A stretch of DNA of 64,000 nucleotides from an uncultured Planctomycetia bacterium (GTDB lineage: Bacteria > Planctomycetota > UBA8108 > UBA1146). This document shows positions 27,146-36,273 of this stretch, piece after piece. The notes beneath the pieces were generated by a model. It was not told the origin of the DNA. It ran no database searches and worked only from the letters and a program-made list of their open reading frames with translations. Where the stretch lies: contig CAYPPQ010000005.1 in NCBI GenBank assembly GCA_964412635.1, positions 8,179 to 72,178 on the forward strand, read 5' to 3'. Made by a program: the position numbers and the translations under genes. Every line of letters begins with the position of its first letter. Within the stretch, counting starts at the first letter, position 1.

Positions 27146-28969
27146 TTATGGCATCTTCTCTACATCGATTCTCAGCAGTGGTACCGGTGCGCTGAATCCC
27201 TTCATCTCGTGATCCTCCAGCAGATCTCCCGAATAGTCGTAGCCGACCTGCTCGGCGATCTCTGGCAGCGTCACCACCTCGCCGATCTCCCCCTTCGATT
27301 GCAGCCTCGCCGCCAGGTTGGTGGTCTTGCCGATGGCGAGCCACTCCTGCTTGAAACTGGAGCCGAGCAGTCCAAACACCACCGGACCGGAGTTGACTCC
27401 CGCCCGCAGGTCGAGACCCCACTCCTCACCCTGGGCCCGTCGGATGCGACTGGCCACCGAGGTTCTGCGCACCAGGTCGAGGGCGAATCGAAAACCGCGG
27501 CGCCGGTGATCATCTCCCTGACACGCTGCCAGCAATCCATCGCCGAGATGCTGCAGCGGGCGCACCTTGTGCAGGGCCAGCAGTGGCACTGCGAGTTCAA
27601 AGACACTGCGCACCGTCTCCATCACCTCTTCCGCCTCGAGTTCGGTGGAACGCTTGGTAAAGCCCGCCAGGTCGGCAAAGATGATGGTGGCATCCTCGGT
27701 GGTGGTCTTCTCCATCTCCTCGGCGGGGCGACCGCTGAAGCGTTCGATGGTGCGACGGGAGTGAAGCCCCGGATCGATGTCGCTGAAGAGGCGTCCCACC
27801 TGCTCCTGCCAGCCGGGATGGTTGGCCTGCACCGCCCTCGAATAGGCGTCGTCGAGGTGCTGTACAGCCGCCGGACGGTTGCCCTCCTGCATCTCTTCCT
27901 CGGCAAAGAGCAATCGACAGAGGATCTCGCTCTCGCTGACCTTGTCGATCTTCTCGATGGCCGCAGTCATCGAGTCCATCCAGCCGTCACCTCGCTGCTG
28001 CCGTGGTAACAGTTTGATGCGCCAGTAATCGATCAGCAGTGCCAGTTCTGGATGCTGAAGTCGATCGGAGGCGAGATCGAAATCGCTGAGGGCACCGTCA
28101 CCATCCCCCTCCATCACCCGGGCACGGGCGCGGGCCAGGTGAGCGAATCCCATCAGGTAGTGCTCGACCCCCTGACACTCATCGATGATTCCATCGAGTC
28201 GTTCTCTCCTGGCACCCACCTCCTGCACATCTTCCAGGTCGAGAGCTGCTTGCAACTGGAAGGTGGTCAGCCGTAATCGTGAAAGAGCCACCAGTGACGA
28301 GCTTCTTCGCTTCCACGTCTCGTCGAGAACCTCCAGCGCCTTGCGCGGATTTCCACCCTGCAACTCGGAGAGAGCCAGATGGCCGGTGGAGATGGCGATC
28401 CCCAGATGATCGTCGACCTTGTCCTTGGCGAGAATCGAACTTCTCAGGGTACGGCGTCCCTCGCTCCAGGCACCCAGCGACAGGTACGCCTGGGCGATGC
28501 TATCGAGGAACCAGAATCGAGCGGGCCCCTCCTGAAGTTCTTCCAGAGCAGAGGCCATCTGTTCCAGCGCATCTCCGGCGCAGTTCATCTGCAACAGGAT
28601 CGCTGCCCCGAGGTGTCGAGCTCTTGCGCGGGTGGCCAGCTGGTCCTCCGGCAATTGAGAGATCAGATCCTCTACGGCGGACTGCAACTGCTCCAGCGAG
28701 TCGCGGTCGCCACGGCTCCCTCGAAATTGCAACTTGAGCTCGATCAGCCGGGCAACCTGATCCCACGGAGTCGAGAGTTCCCCCGTCGAGGCGAGAGCGG
28801 TTGTGGCTCCATCCAGATCGAAGCGAACCTCCGCCACCGCCGCATCGGCCAGCGATGAGGCCTCTTCCGGCGCGCCCTCGAGACGCACGGAAACGGTGGT
28901 ATCGTCAGACTGGATCGTCGCTTCTTCCACGGCGATCCACCAGCGGGCGAGGAGGTCTGCCGTCTTCAC
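27146..28969 (-). CDS. TPR-like helical sensor domain fused to a C-terminal class III adenylate/guanylate cyclase (CHD) domain
   Basis: C-terminal CHD motifs ATIIFADLAGFT, LGDGLLAAC, GVNSGPVVFGLLGS and GKTTNLAARLQ. N-terminal about 400 aa are TPR-like helical. GTG start overlaps the TGA of the upstream DUF1080 gene (GTGA). Confidence 0.8.
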   Translation of the reverse strand: MKTADLLARWWIAVEEATIQSDDTTVSVRLEGAPEEASSLADAAVAEVRFDLDGATTALASTGELSTPWDQVARLIELKLQFRGSRGDRDSLEQLQSAVEDLISQLPEDQLATRARARHLGAAILLQMNCAGDALEQMASALEELQEGPARFWFLDSIAQAYLSLGAWSEGRRTLRSSILAKDKVDDHLGIAISTGHLALSELQGGNPRKALEVLDETWKRRSSSLVALSRLRLTTFQLQAALDLEDVQEVGARRERLDGIIDECQGVEHYLMGFAHLARARARVMEGDGDGALSDFDLASDRLQHPELALLIDYWRIKLLPRQQRGDGWMDSMTAAIEKIDKVSESEILCRLLFAEEEMQEGNRPAAVQHLDDAYSRAVQANHPGWQEQVGRLFSDIDPGLHSRRTIERFSGRPAEEMEKTTTEDATIIFADLAGFTKRSTELEAEEVMETVRSVFELAVPLLALHKVRPLQHLGDGLLAACQGDDHRRRGFRFALDLVRRTSVASRIRRAQGEEWGLDLRAGVNSGPVVFGLLGSSFKQEWLAIGKTTNLAARLQSKGEIGEVVTLPEIAEQVGYDYSGDLLEDHEMKGFSAPVPLLRIDVEKMP

Positions 28970-29793
28970 CTGACTTCGCTCTCCTTCGAATCATTTTTCG
29001 AGTCGAGTCGACGCAGCCAGATGTTGCGAAAGCGCATCGGATTTCCGTGATCCTGCAGGCTGATCCTGCCGGTCGGGCCATGTTTCGAGTAGGACGGCTT
29101 CGACCGGTGCGAAGTGGGCCCGAGGAATACACGATCGTTGTGCACGAGGATGCCGTTGTGAAGAACCGTCGCCCTCGCCGGCGAGAGCAGTGATCCGTCA
29201 TCGGAAAACCGTGGAGCGGTGAAGACGATGTCATAACTCTGCCACTGCCCCGGCCCACGGCAGGCATTGACCAGCGGCGGCCACTGGCCGTAGAAAGCAG
29301 CACACTGACCATCGGGATAGGTCGGATTCTGGTAGGAGTCGAGCAACTGGATCTCGTACTTCTCCATCAGGAAGACACCGGAGTTTCCTCGCCCCTGCGA
29401 TTCACCGACCACCGTCGGGGGAGTTCTGAATTCGAGGTGTAACTGGATGTCTCCGAACGATTCGCGGGTCACGATGCTTCCCGATCCCCTCGTCACCTCG
29501 ACGGCTCCATCGACAGGCTTCCAGCTCGCCACTCCGCCACGGCCAGTCCACGACGACAGGTCTCCTGACTTGTCGAGCAACACCACCGCATCGGCAGGAT
29601 GACCGTTGCTGAAGATTCCTGGACCCGGATCGACAACCTCGGGATGAGGCCGATCCGCATCGTGAACACGCCACTTCTGACCGGGAATGATCGGTGTGTC
29701 CCGGTAACCGGGACGAGGACCGTCATCGCTGGCGATCACGGTAAGGGTGGTGCATAGCAGCAATACGATGGAAAGCAGTCGTTTCAAATGCAT
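28966..29793 (-). CDS. DUF1080 (3-keto-disaccharide hydrolase-like, LamG-fold) secreted protein
   Basis: Start moved to ATG at MHLKRLLSIVLLLCTTLTVIAS (signal peptide). Motifs NSGVFLMEKYEIQLLDS and HGNPMRFRNIWLRRL are typical of the DUF1080 family. Confidence 0.75.
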   Translation of the reverse strand: MHLKRLLSIVLLLCTTLTVIASDDGPRPGYRDTPIIPGQKWRVHDADRPHPEVVDPGPGIFSNGHPADAVVLLDKSGDLSSWTGRGGVASWKPVDGAVEVTRGSGSIVTRESFGDIQLHLEFRTPPTVVGESQGRGNSGVFLMEKYEIQLLDSYQNPTYPDGQCAAFYGQWPPLVNACRGPGQWQSYDIVFTAPRFSDDGSLLSPARATVLHNGILVHNDRVFLGPTSHRSKPSYSKHGPTGRISLQDHGNPMRFRNIWLRRLDSKNDSKESEVR

Positions 29794-30063
29794 CTGGATC
29801 TCTCCTCGGGAAATACGAGCGTGGAACCGTTCCGTTGATCTCACCCGCTCTTGTTGATCTTTCGTTCCACAGGATACGACACCCTCGGGGAGGTCGGAAC
29901 CCGCCCACAGCGGTCCTGTCTCGAGACCACTTGCCACGTGCCGATGGCTATCTTGGCCCCCCTACCATTGCGTGTGATAATCGACTGACTATCGTCATGG
30001 GGATGGTTCAGCCGCCGTCAGCGGCATCTCGACCATCGCCACGACAACTTCCAGGAGGTCTCG

Positions 30064-33000
30064 ATGCCGCAGGGTTACTTGCTCCTATCCTCGATTCTGC
30101 TGCTGTCTCTGGCAGCGGTCCCCGGTGCAACTGCCGGGAACGAGTCGAGTGAGGAAGAGAATGCCCCCATCTCCTACAACCAGCACATCCGACCGATCCT
30201 CTCGGCGAAGTGCTTCGTCTGCCACGGCCCCGATTCCTCATCTCGCAAAGCAGGTCTCCGTCTCGACAATGCACAAGATGCCTACCGCGATCGAGACGGC
30301 TTCTCCGCCATCTCTCCCGGCAAGAGCGATTCGAGCCTGCTGATCGAGCGGATCTTTGCCGACGACCCCGATGACATCATGCCACCGCCAGAGACTCACA
30401 AGTCCCTCGACGGGGAGGAGCGTTCGATCCTGCGCCGCTGGATCGAACAGGGTGCCAAGTACGAACCACACTGGTCATGGACCCGACCGGAGCGTCCCGT
30501 TCCTCCTTCGGTGGAGGGAGTGGAGGCGACCACCCCCATCGATGTCTTCATCCGAAATCGCCTGCACCAGGAACAGTTACCGTGGAAACCACGGGCATCC
30601 CGGGAGACTCTGATTCGCCGTGCCACCTTCGACCTGACCGGACTTCCCCCCACCGTCGAGGAGATTGATATCTTCCTGGCCGATACCGAAGCGGGGGCAT
30701 GGGAGCGTCTGCTCGATCGACTGCTGTCGTCGAATCGATTCGGTGAACACTGGGGTCGACAGTGGCTCGATGCCGCACGTTATGCCGACACCCATGGCCT
30801 TCACCTCGACAACTACCGCGAGATGTGGCCCTACCGCGATCGGGTGATCGAACTCTTCAACGACAATCCTCCCTTCGATGAATTCGTGATCCGACAGCTG
30901 GCAGGAGACCTGCTCCCCGAGGCGAACCTGGACGATCAGATCGACAGCGGCTTCGTGCGCTCCCATCCGACCACCAGCGAGGGTGGAGCCATCAACGAGG
31001 AATACCGGATGATCTACTCGGTCGATCGCACCAACACCTTCGGAACGGTGTTCCTGGGACTCACCGTCGGCTGTGCCCAGTGCCACGACCACAAGTTCGA
31101 CCCGGTGACTCAGAAGGAATACTTCGGCCTGTACGCCTTCTTCAACAACACATCCGAAGCGGAGATGGACGGCAACGCCAAGGCCCATCCACCGGTGGTG
31201 AAAGTTCCGACGATGGAACAGTCATCGCGACTCGATGTCATCGGTCAGGAGTTGACTCGAAGCCTCGAGAAACGGGACGCTCCCGACGAGCAGATGGATG
31301 CGGCACAACTCTCCTTCGAGACGCGCTGGACGGAGGGATCGAATCGCTGGCAGCAGCCGATCCCGGAATCGATGACCTCCTCTGCCGGATCGACCGTCGA
31401 GGCGTTGCCGGACGGTTCTCATCGGTTCACCGGAACCAATGCAGCCAAGGACATCTACACCTTCACGACGCTGGTCGAGGCCGCACAGTTTCGCGCCATC
31501 CGCCTGGAGGGATTGCTCGATCCCTCGATGCCAGCGAATGGGCCCGGTCGTTCGGCGAACTCCAACGTGGTACTGACCGAGATCGAGGCGCAGGTGGTTG
31601 CCGTCGATGGCGAGTTGAATCCTGTCGGGGATCCGACGGCGATCTCCTTCACCGATGCATGGGCCGATCACGAGCAACCAAAGTTCCCCGTCGCTGATGC
31701 CATCGACGGAGACATCAGCACCGGCGACAAGGGGTGGGCGGTTTCTGGCTTTGATCGCAAGGAAGCTCGCACCGCCATCTTCTCCAGCGAAGAACCGTTC
31801 GGCACCGAAGGAATGGTGCGGTTGACGGTGAATCTTCGCTTCGAGAGCCAGTTCACCCAGCACGCCTTCGGCAGGGTGCGACTCTCCCTGGCAGCCGATC
31901 CGTACCCGCTAGCAGAGGAACAGCCGTGGATCGATGACCACCAGGGCAACGGCGGTACCACCCTGGTCGATGGAGTGACACGCGACTGGAACTGGGTGGA
32001 GGGTAGCGATCACCCGATTCATTCGGGAAGCCGAAGCAGACTGCAGCAGACCGATGGGGATCGCATCACCCAGCATTACTTCCACAACGCCACCGACACG
32101 GTGACGGTGAGGGGAGGGGATCTCCTGTACGGCTGGGTGTGGATCGATGAGAAGCAGCCAACCCGTACCGTGATGCTTCAGTTCAACAGCAACGGCAGCT
32201 GGGATCACCGTGCCTTCTGGGGAGAAGATCTGATCTCCTTCGGAGACATCGGTTCGGATGTCATCGCCCACCGACCGATGGGAGATCTCCCCCCCAGTGG
32301 AGGCTGGGTTCGACTGGAGGTCTCTGCCGATCATGTCGGCCTTCCCCCCGGGAGTGTCATCAACGGCATGGCGTTCACCCAGTTCGGCGGCAAGGCTTAC
32401 TGGGATGATGCGGGCATCCTCGGATTCCGTGATCTCCTCGAGATGGAAGCGGTACTGGCCATCGATCCCTCCAGTAGAAGTGAAGAGGATAGCACCCGGT
32501 TACGACGCTGGTTCCGGCAGCGGCACAGTCCTGCCTTCGCCCAGTTGCTCGACGAGATCGACAAGTACCAGCAGGAGAAGAACTCCATCCAGCAGACGCT
32601 TCCGACCACCCTGGTGGCGGCGGAGCGGATGGATCGACGAGAGACTCGCCTCCTCAACAGAGGACAGTACGACGACCCCGTCGGCGATCCCATCGAGCCG
32701 GGAATCCCGAGCTTCCTGCCGCCACTGCCCGAGGATGCACCAAAGAATCGCATGGGACTGGCGAGGTGGCTGACCGACCCCGATCACCCGCTACTGGCGA
32801 GGGTCACCGTCAACCGGATCTGGCAATCACTGTTCGGTGTCGGACTGGTGCAGACCTCCGAGGATTTCGGTTCGCAGGGAGCGTTGCCGAGTCATCCCGA
32901 ACTGCTCGACTGGCTGGCCAGGGAATTTGTCGACGAGGGATGGGATCTGAAGAAGTTGATCCGCTCGCTGATGCAAACCGATAGCTATTGCCAGCAAGCT

Positions 33001-33699
33001 CTCATCACCGAACTGGATCTACAGAAGGATCCAGAAAATCGCCTGCTGTCGCGGGGTCCTCGATTCCGACTCGATGCGGAGATGATCCGTGATCAGGCGC
33101 TGCTCCTGTCGGGATTGCTGGTCGAGAAGTTCGGCGGTCCAAGCGTCAAACCGTATCAGCCAGCGGGACTGTGGAAGGCGGTGGGATACAGCGACAGCAA
33201 CACCGTCAAGTTCAGCAAGGACTCGGGGGAAGCTCTCTACCGACGAAGTCTCTACACCTTCTGGAAGCGAACCAGCCCACCGCCGTACCTGGCGATCCTC
33301 GACGCACCCAATCGAGAAACCTGTGTGGTGCGGCGCGAGCGCACCAACACGCCGATGCAGGCACTACTGCTCCTCAACGACATCCAGTACGTCGAGTGCT
33401 CGCGCCAGATGGCATCTCGTATCCATCGAGAACAAGCACAGTTGAACGATGAGCAGAAGTTGCAGCACCTGTGGCGAATGGCCACCGGCCGACAACCTCA
33501 GCAAGTCGAGAAGGACGATCTTCTCGAGTTCCTGAACGAGATGCTGGAGTACTACCGGGCCAACCCGGAAGCCGCTGCACGGTTACTGGAGGTGGGCGAC
33601 TCCCCCGCTGGCGATGCGCTGGCTGTAGAGGTGCACGCCGCCTGGACGATGGTGTGCAGCTTGATTCTCAATCTCGATGAAGTGGTGACGAAAGGGTGA
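30064..33699 (+). CDS. PSD1-type protein (planctomycete cytochrome c domain + DUF1549 + DUF1553)
   Basis: AGGAGG SD followed by ATG. Signal peptide. PSCyt motif SAKCFVCHGPD. Length 1211 aa. Canonical partner DUF1501 gene 4 nt downstream. Confidence 0.85.
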   Translation: MPQGYLLLSSILLLSLAAVPGATAGNESSEEENAPISYNQHIRPILSAKCFVCHGPDSSSRKAGLRLDNAQDAYRDRDGFSAISPGKSDSSLLIERIFADDPDDIMPPPETHKSLDGEERSILRRWIEQGAKYEPHWSWTRPERPVPPSVEGVEATTPIDVFIRNRLHQEQLPWKPRASRETLIRRATFDLTGLPPTVEEIDIFLADTEAGAWERLLDRLLSSNRFGEHWGRQWLDAARYADTHGLHLDNYREMWPYRDRVIELFNDNPPFDEFVIRQLAGDLLPEANLDDQIDSGFVRSHPTTSEGGAINEEYRMIYSVDRTNTFGTVFLGLTVGCAQCHDHKFDPVTQKEYFGLYAFFNNTSEAEMDGNAKAHPPVVKVPTMEQSSRLDVIGQELTRSLEKRDAPDEQMDAAQLSFETRWTEGSNRWQQPIPESMTSSAGSTVEALPDGSHRFTGTNAAKDIYTFTTLVEAAQFRAIRLEGLLDPSMPANGPGRSANSNVVLTEIEAQVVAVDGELNPVGDPTAISFTDAWADHEQPKFPVADAIDGDISTGDKGWAVSGFDRKEARTAIFSSEEPFGTEGMVRLTVNLRFESQFTQHAFGRVRLSLAADPYPLAEEQPWIDDHQGNGGTTLVDGVTRDWNWVEGSDHPIHSGSRSRLQQTDGDRITQHYFHNATDTVTVRGGDLLYGWVWIDEKQPTRTVMLQFNSNGSWDHRAFWGEDLISFGDIGSDVIAHRPMGDLPPSGGWVRLEVSADHVGLPPGSVINGMAFTQFGGKAYWDDAGILGFRDLLEMEAVLAIDPSSRSEEDSTRLRRWFRQRHSPAFAQLLDEIDKYQQEKNSIQQTLPTTLVAAERMDRRETRLLNRGQYDDPVGDPIEPGIPSFLPPLPEDAPKNRMGLARWLTDPDHPLLARVTVNRIWQSLFGVGLVQTSEDFGSQGALPSHPELLDWLAREFVDEGWDLKKLIRSLMQTDSYCQQALITELDLQKDPENRLLSRGPRFRLDAEMIRDQALLLSGLLVEKFGGPSVKPYQPAGLWKAVGYSDSNTVKFSKDSGEALYRRSLYTFWKRTSPPPYLAILDAPNRETCVVRRERTNTPMQALLLLNDIQYVECSRQMASRIHREQAQLNDEQKLQHLWRMATGRQPQQVEKDDLLEFLNEMLEYYRANPEAAARLLEVGDSPAGDALAVEVHAAWTMVCSLILNLDEVVTKG

Positions 33700-33702
33700 T
33701 CG

Positions 33703-35178
33703 ATGGATCCTGAACTGGAACTGAACATCCAGGAGACTCGTCGGCAGTTCTTCGGACGCTCCTTGAACACCGTCGGATCGACCCTCGGCATGGCGGCACT
33801 TTCGCAACTGGGTGGACTCCCGTTACTGGGTTCCGATGCAACCCAGACCCTCGGCACGCCCGGTGCGTTGCTGAAGCCTCACTTCAAGCCGAAGGTGAAG
33901 CGAATCATCTACCTGTTCATGTCGGGTGCGCCATCGCAGATCGACCTCTTCGATCACAAGCCGAAGATGAAGGAGTACTTCGACAAGGACCTCCCCGAAT
34001 CGATTCGTGACGGTCAGCGACTGACCACCATGACCAGCGGTCAGAGTCGCTTCCCCATCGCCCCCAGTATCTTCTCCTTCGATCGCTACGGTGCCGGCGG
34101 CGCAGAGATGAGCGAGTTGATCCCCAACATCGCTTCCCTCGCCGACAAGCTCTGCATCGTCAAATCGATGTACACCGAGGCGATCAACCACGATCCCGCC
34201 ATGACCTTCATGCAGACGGGTGTGCAGCAACCGGGCAGGCCCAGCCTCGGATCGTGGCTCAGTTACGGACTCGGGTCGCTGAATGCCAGCTTGCCCGCCT
34301 TCATGGTGATGCACGCGACCTGGACCGGCCGTGCTTCCGCTCAGGCACTCTTCGAGAGGTTGTGGGGAGCGGGGATGTTGCCGTCGGAATATCAGGGCGT
34401 TTCGCTGAGATCGGTCGGCGATCCGGTGCTGTACCTGTCCGATCCTCCCGGTGTCGAACGCACCACTCGAAGAACGATGCTCGACCGCCTCGCGCGCCTC
34501 AACCAGGGGGTCGCCGACACCATCGGAGATCCGGAGACGGTGGCCCGCATCGCCCAGTACGAGATGGCGTACCGGATGCAAGCTTCGGTGCCAGAACTGG
34601 TCGACACCTCCGATGAACCGCAGCACGTCAAGGATCTCTACGGTCCCGAGGTCGATCAGGCGGGGACCTTTGCATCCTGCTGCCTGCTGGCACGAAGGAT
34701 GGCGGAGAGAGATGTGCGCTTCGTCCAGATCTATCACCGCGGCTGGGACCAGCATGGTGCCCTCCCCTCGACGATCCGTCGCCAGTGCTCCGACGTCGAC
34801 CAACCCACCGCCGGGCTGATCAAGGATCTCGAGATGCGAGGGCTACTCGATGACACCCTGGTGATCTGGGGCGGTGAGTTCGGCAGAACCATCTACTGCC
34901 AGGGAGGTCTCACCAAGGAAGACTACGGACGCGATCACCATCCTCGCTGCTTCACCATCTTCCTCGCCGGCGGTGGGATCAAGCAGGGCTACGTGCACGG
35001 CGAAACCGACGACTTCTCCTACAACATCACTCGAGATCCGGTTCATGTTCACGATCTGAATGCCACCATCTTGCATCTTCTCGGCATCGATCATGAGCAA
35101 TTGATCTATCCCTACCAGGGAAGAGATGTTCGACTGACGGACGTGCATGGACAGGTCGCACACGACCTGCTGACCTGA
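33703..35178 (+). CDS. DUF1501 domain protein (sulfatase-like fold) with Tat-like signal
   Basis: RRQFFGRSL Tat-like motif. DUF1501 hallmarks (GGEFGRT, HHPRCF). ATG 4 nt after the PSD1 stop. Confidence 0.85.
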   Translation: MDPELELNIQETRRQFFGRSLNTVGSTLGMAALSQLGGLPLLGSDATQTLGTPGALLKPHFKPKVKRIIYLFMSGAPSQIDLFDHKPKMKEYFDKDLPESIRDGQRLTTMTSGQSRFPIAPSIFSFDRYGAGGAEMSELIPNIASLADKLCIVKSMYTEAINHDPAMTFMQTGVQQPGRPSLGSWLSYGLGSLNASLPAFMVMHATWTGRASAQALFERLWGAGMLPSEYQGVSLRSVGDPVLYLSDPPGVERTTRRTMLDRLARLNQGVADTIGDPETVARIAQYEMAYRMQASVPELVDTSDEPQHVKDLYGPEVDQAGTFASCCLLARRMAERDVRFVQIYHRGWDQHGALPSTIRRQCSDVDQPTAGLIKDLEMRGLLDDTLVIWGGEFGRTIYCQGGLTKEDYGRDHHPRCFTIFLAGGGIKQGYVHGETDDFSYNITRDPVHVHDLNATILHLLGIDHEQLIYPYQGRDVRLTDVHGQVAHDLLT

Positions 35179-35203
35179 TCGATCACGCCGCAAGGATTCA
35201 ACG

Positions 35204-36271
35204 ATGAGTAACAACTCGAACTCAATTCCAGGCACCCCGGCTCTGGAGTACCGGCAGTTTCCAGCACCTCACTGGCGAGTGACTCCTGCCCGTGGCGCTG
35301 GCCACTCCGAGGTGATCCTGGTGCACGGACTGGGAGAACACGCCGGTCGCATGATGCCGCTGGCGAGGAAACTCGCTGAACTGGGATATCGCTGTCGCCT
35401 CCCCGATCTGCCGGGACACGGCGGCGATGGGGAAGAGGCTCATCGGGCCATCGTCGAGATCTATCTGCGGCAGCGTGACGCCGCTGGCATCCTCGATGCC
35501 CTCCATCAACTTCCCGCTCCCCTCCAGCAGCAAGCGAAGACGATCGCCGCCGACATGCACCGGAAACTGCTGCGAGTCTCCTTCGAATCGATCATCGAAC
35601 GGATCGCTGAGCTGGCGTCATGGAGTGCCATCGATGGCAACGAGTCCGCGGTTCCACACTTCATCTGGGGACACAGTCTCGGGGGCCTGGCTTCGTTTCA
35701 TGCCACCGATCGCATCCAGCTGGAGGCAGGATTCTCCCCCACCGGGTTGATCCTCGGATCCCCTGCGTTCTCTCCGCCCGCTGCGAAAAATCCTGCCGAA
35801 GCCGTGGTGGTGCAATCCGCCCTGCTCTTCTCGTCGGTAACGCTGCTGCGTCCATTCGCCGCCGGCCTGCGCGGGATCGTGCAAGTGCTCGCCCTCGATG
35901 GGGACGGCACTTTTGCCAATGAAGCGGTCAGTGATCTCCCCTCGGAACGACTGGTTCACTCCCTCGATCCACTGCAAAACCACCGCATCCCGCTCTGCTT
36001 CGCCGCACGGCTGTTGCCGTGGATGGCGAGAGCGAAGCAACGGGCATCGCAGATGCGGATCCCGGTGATGATCTACTGTCCCGCTTCCGATCCCATCGTC
36101 GACACCTCCGGATCGCATCGCATCGCAGCTCGATTGAAGCCACCCCTCGACCCACAGCGGTCGCATCGCTTCGACGTGCACGAACAGATGCACGTTCACG
36201 ACCTGGCTCGATCGAGTTGTGGAGACGCCATCGTTCGCTGTGCAAACCACTGGATGCGCGCAACAGAATAA
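35204..36271 (+). CDS. Alpha/beta hydrolase (lysophospholipase/monoacylglycerol-lipase-like)
   Basis: AAGGA SD followed by ATG. HGLGEHAGR oxyanion region and GHSLGG nucleophile elbow. Confidence 0.75.
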   Translation: MSNNSNSIPGTPALEYRQFPAPHWRVTPARGAGHSEVILVHGLGEHAGRMMPLARKLAELGYRCRLPDLPGHGGDGEEAHRAIVEIYLRQRDAAGILDALHQLPAPLQQQAKTIAADMHRKLLRVSFESIIERIAELASWSAIDGNESAVPHFIWGHSLGGLASFHATDRIQLEAGFSPTGLILGSPAFSPPAAKNPAEAVVVQSALLFSSVTLLRPFAAGLRGIVQVLALDGDGTFANEAVSDLPSERLVHSLDPLQNHRIPLCFAARLLPWMARAKQRASQMRIPVMIYCPASDPIVDTSGSHRIAARLKPPLDPQRSHRFDVHEQMHVHDLARSSCGDAIVRCANHWMRATE

Positions 36272-36273
36272 CC

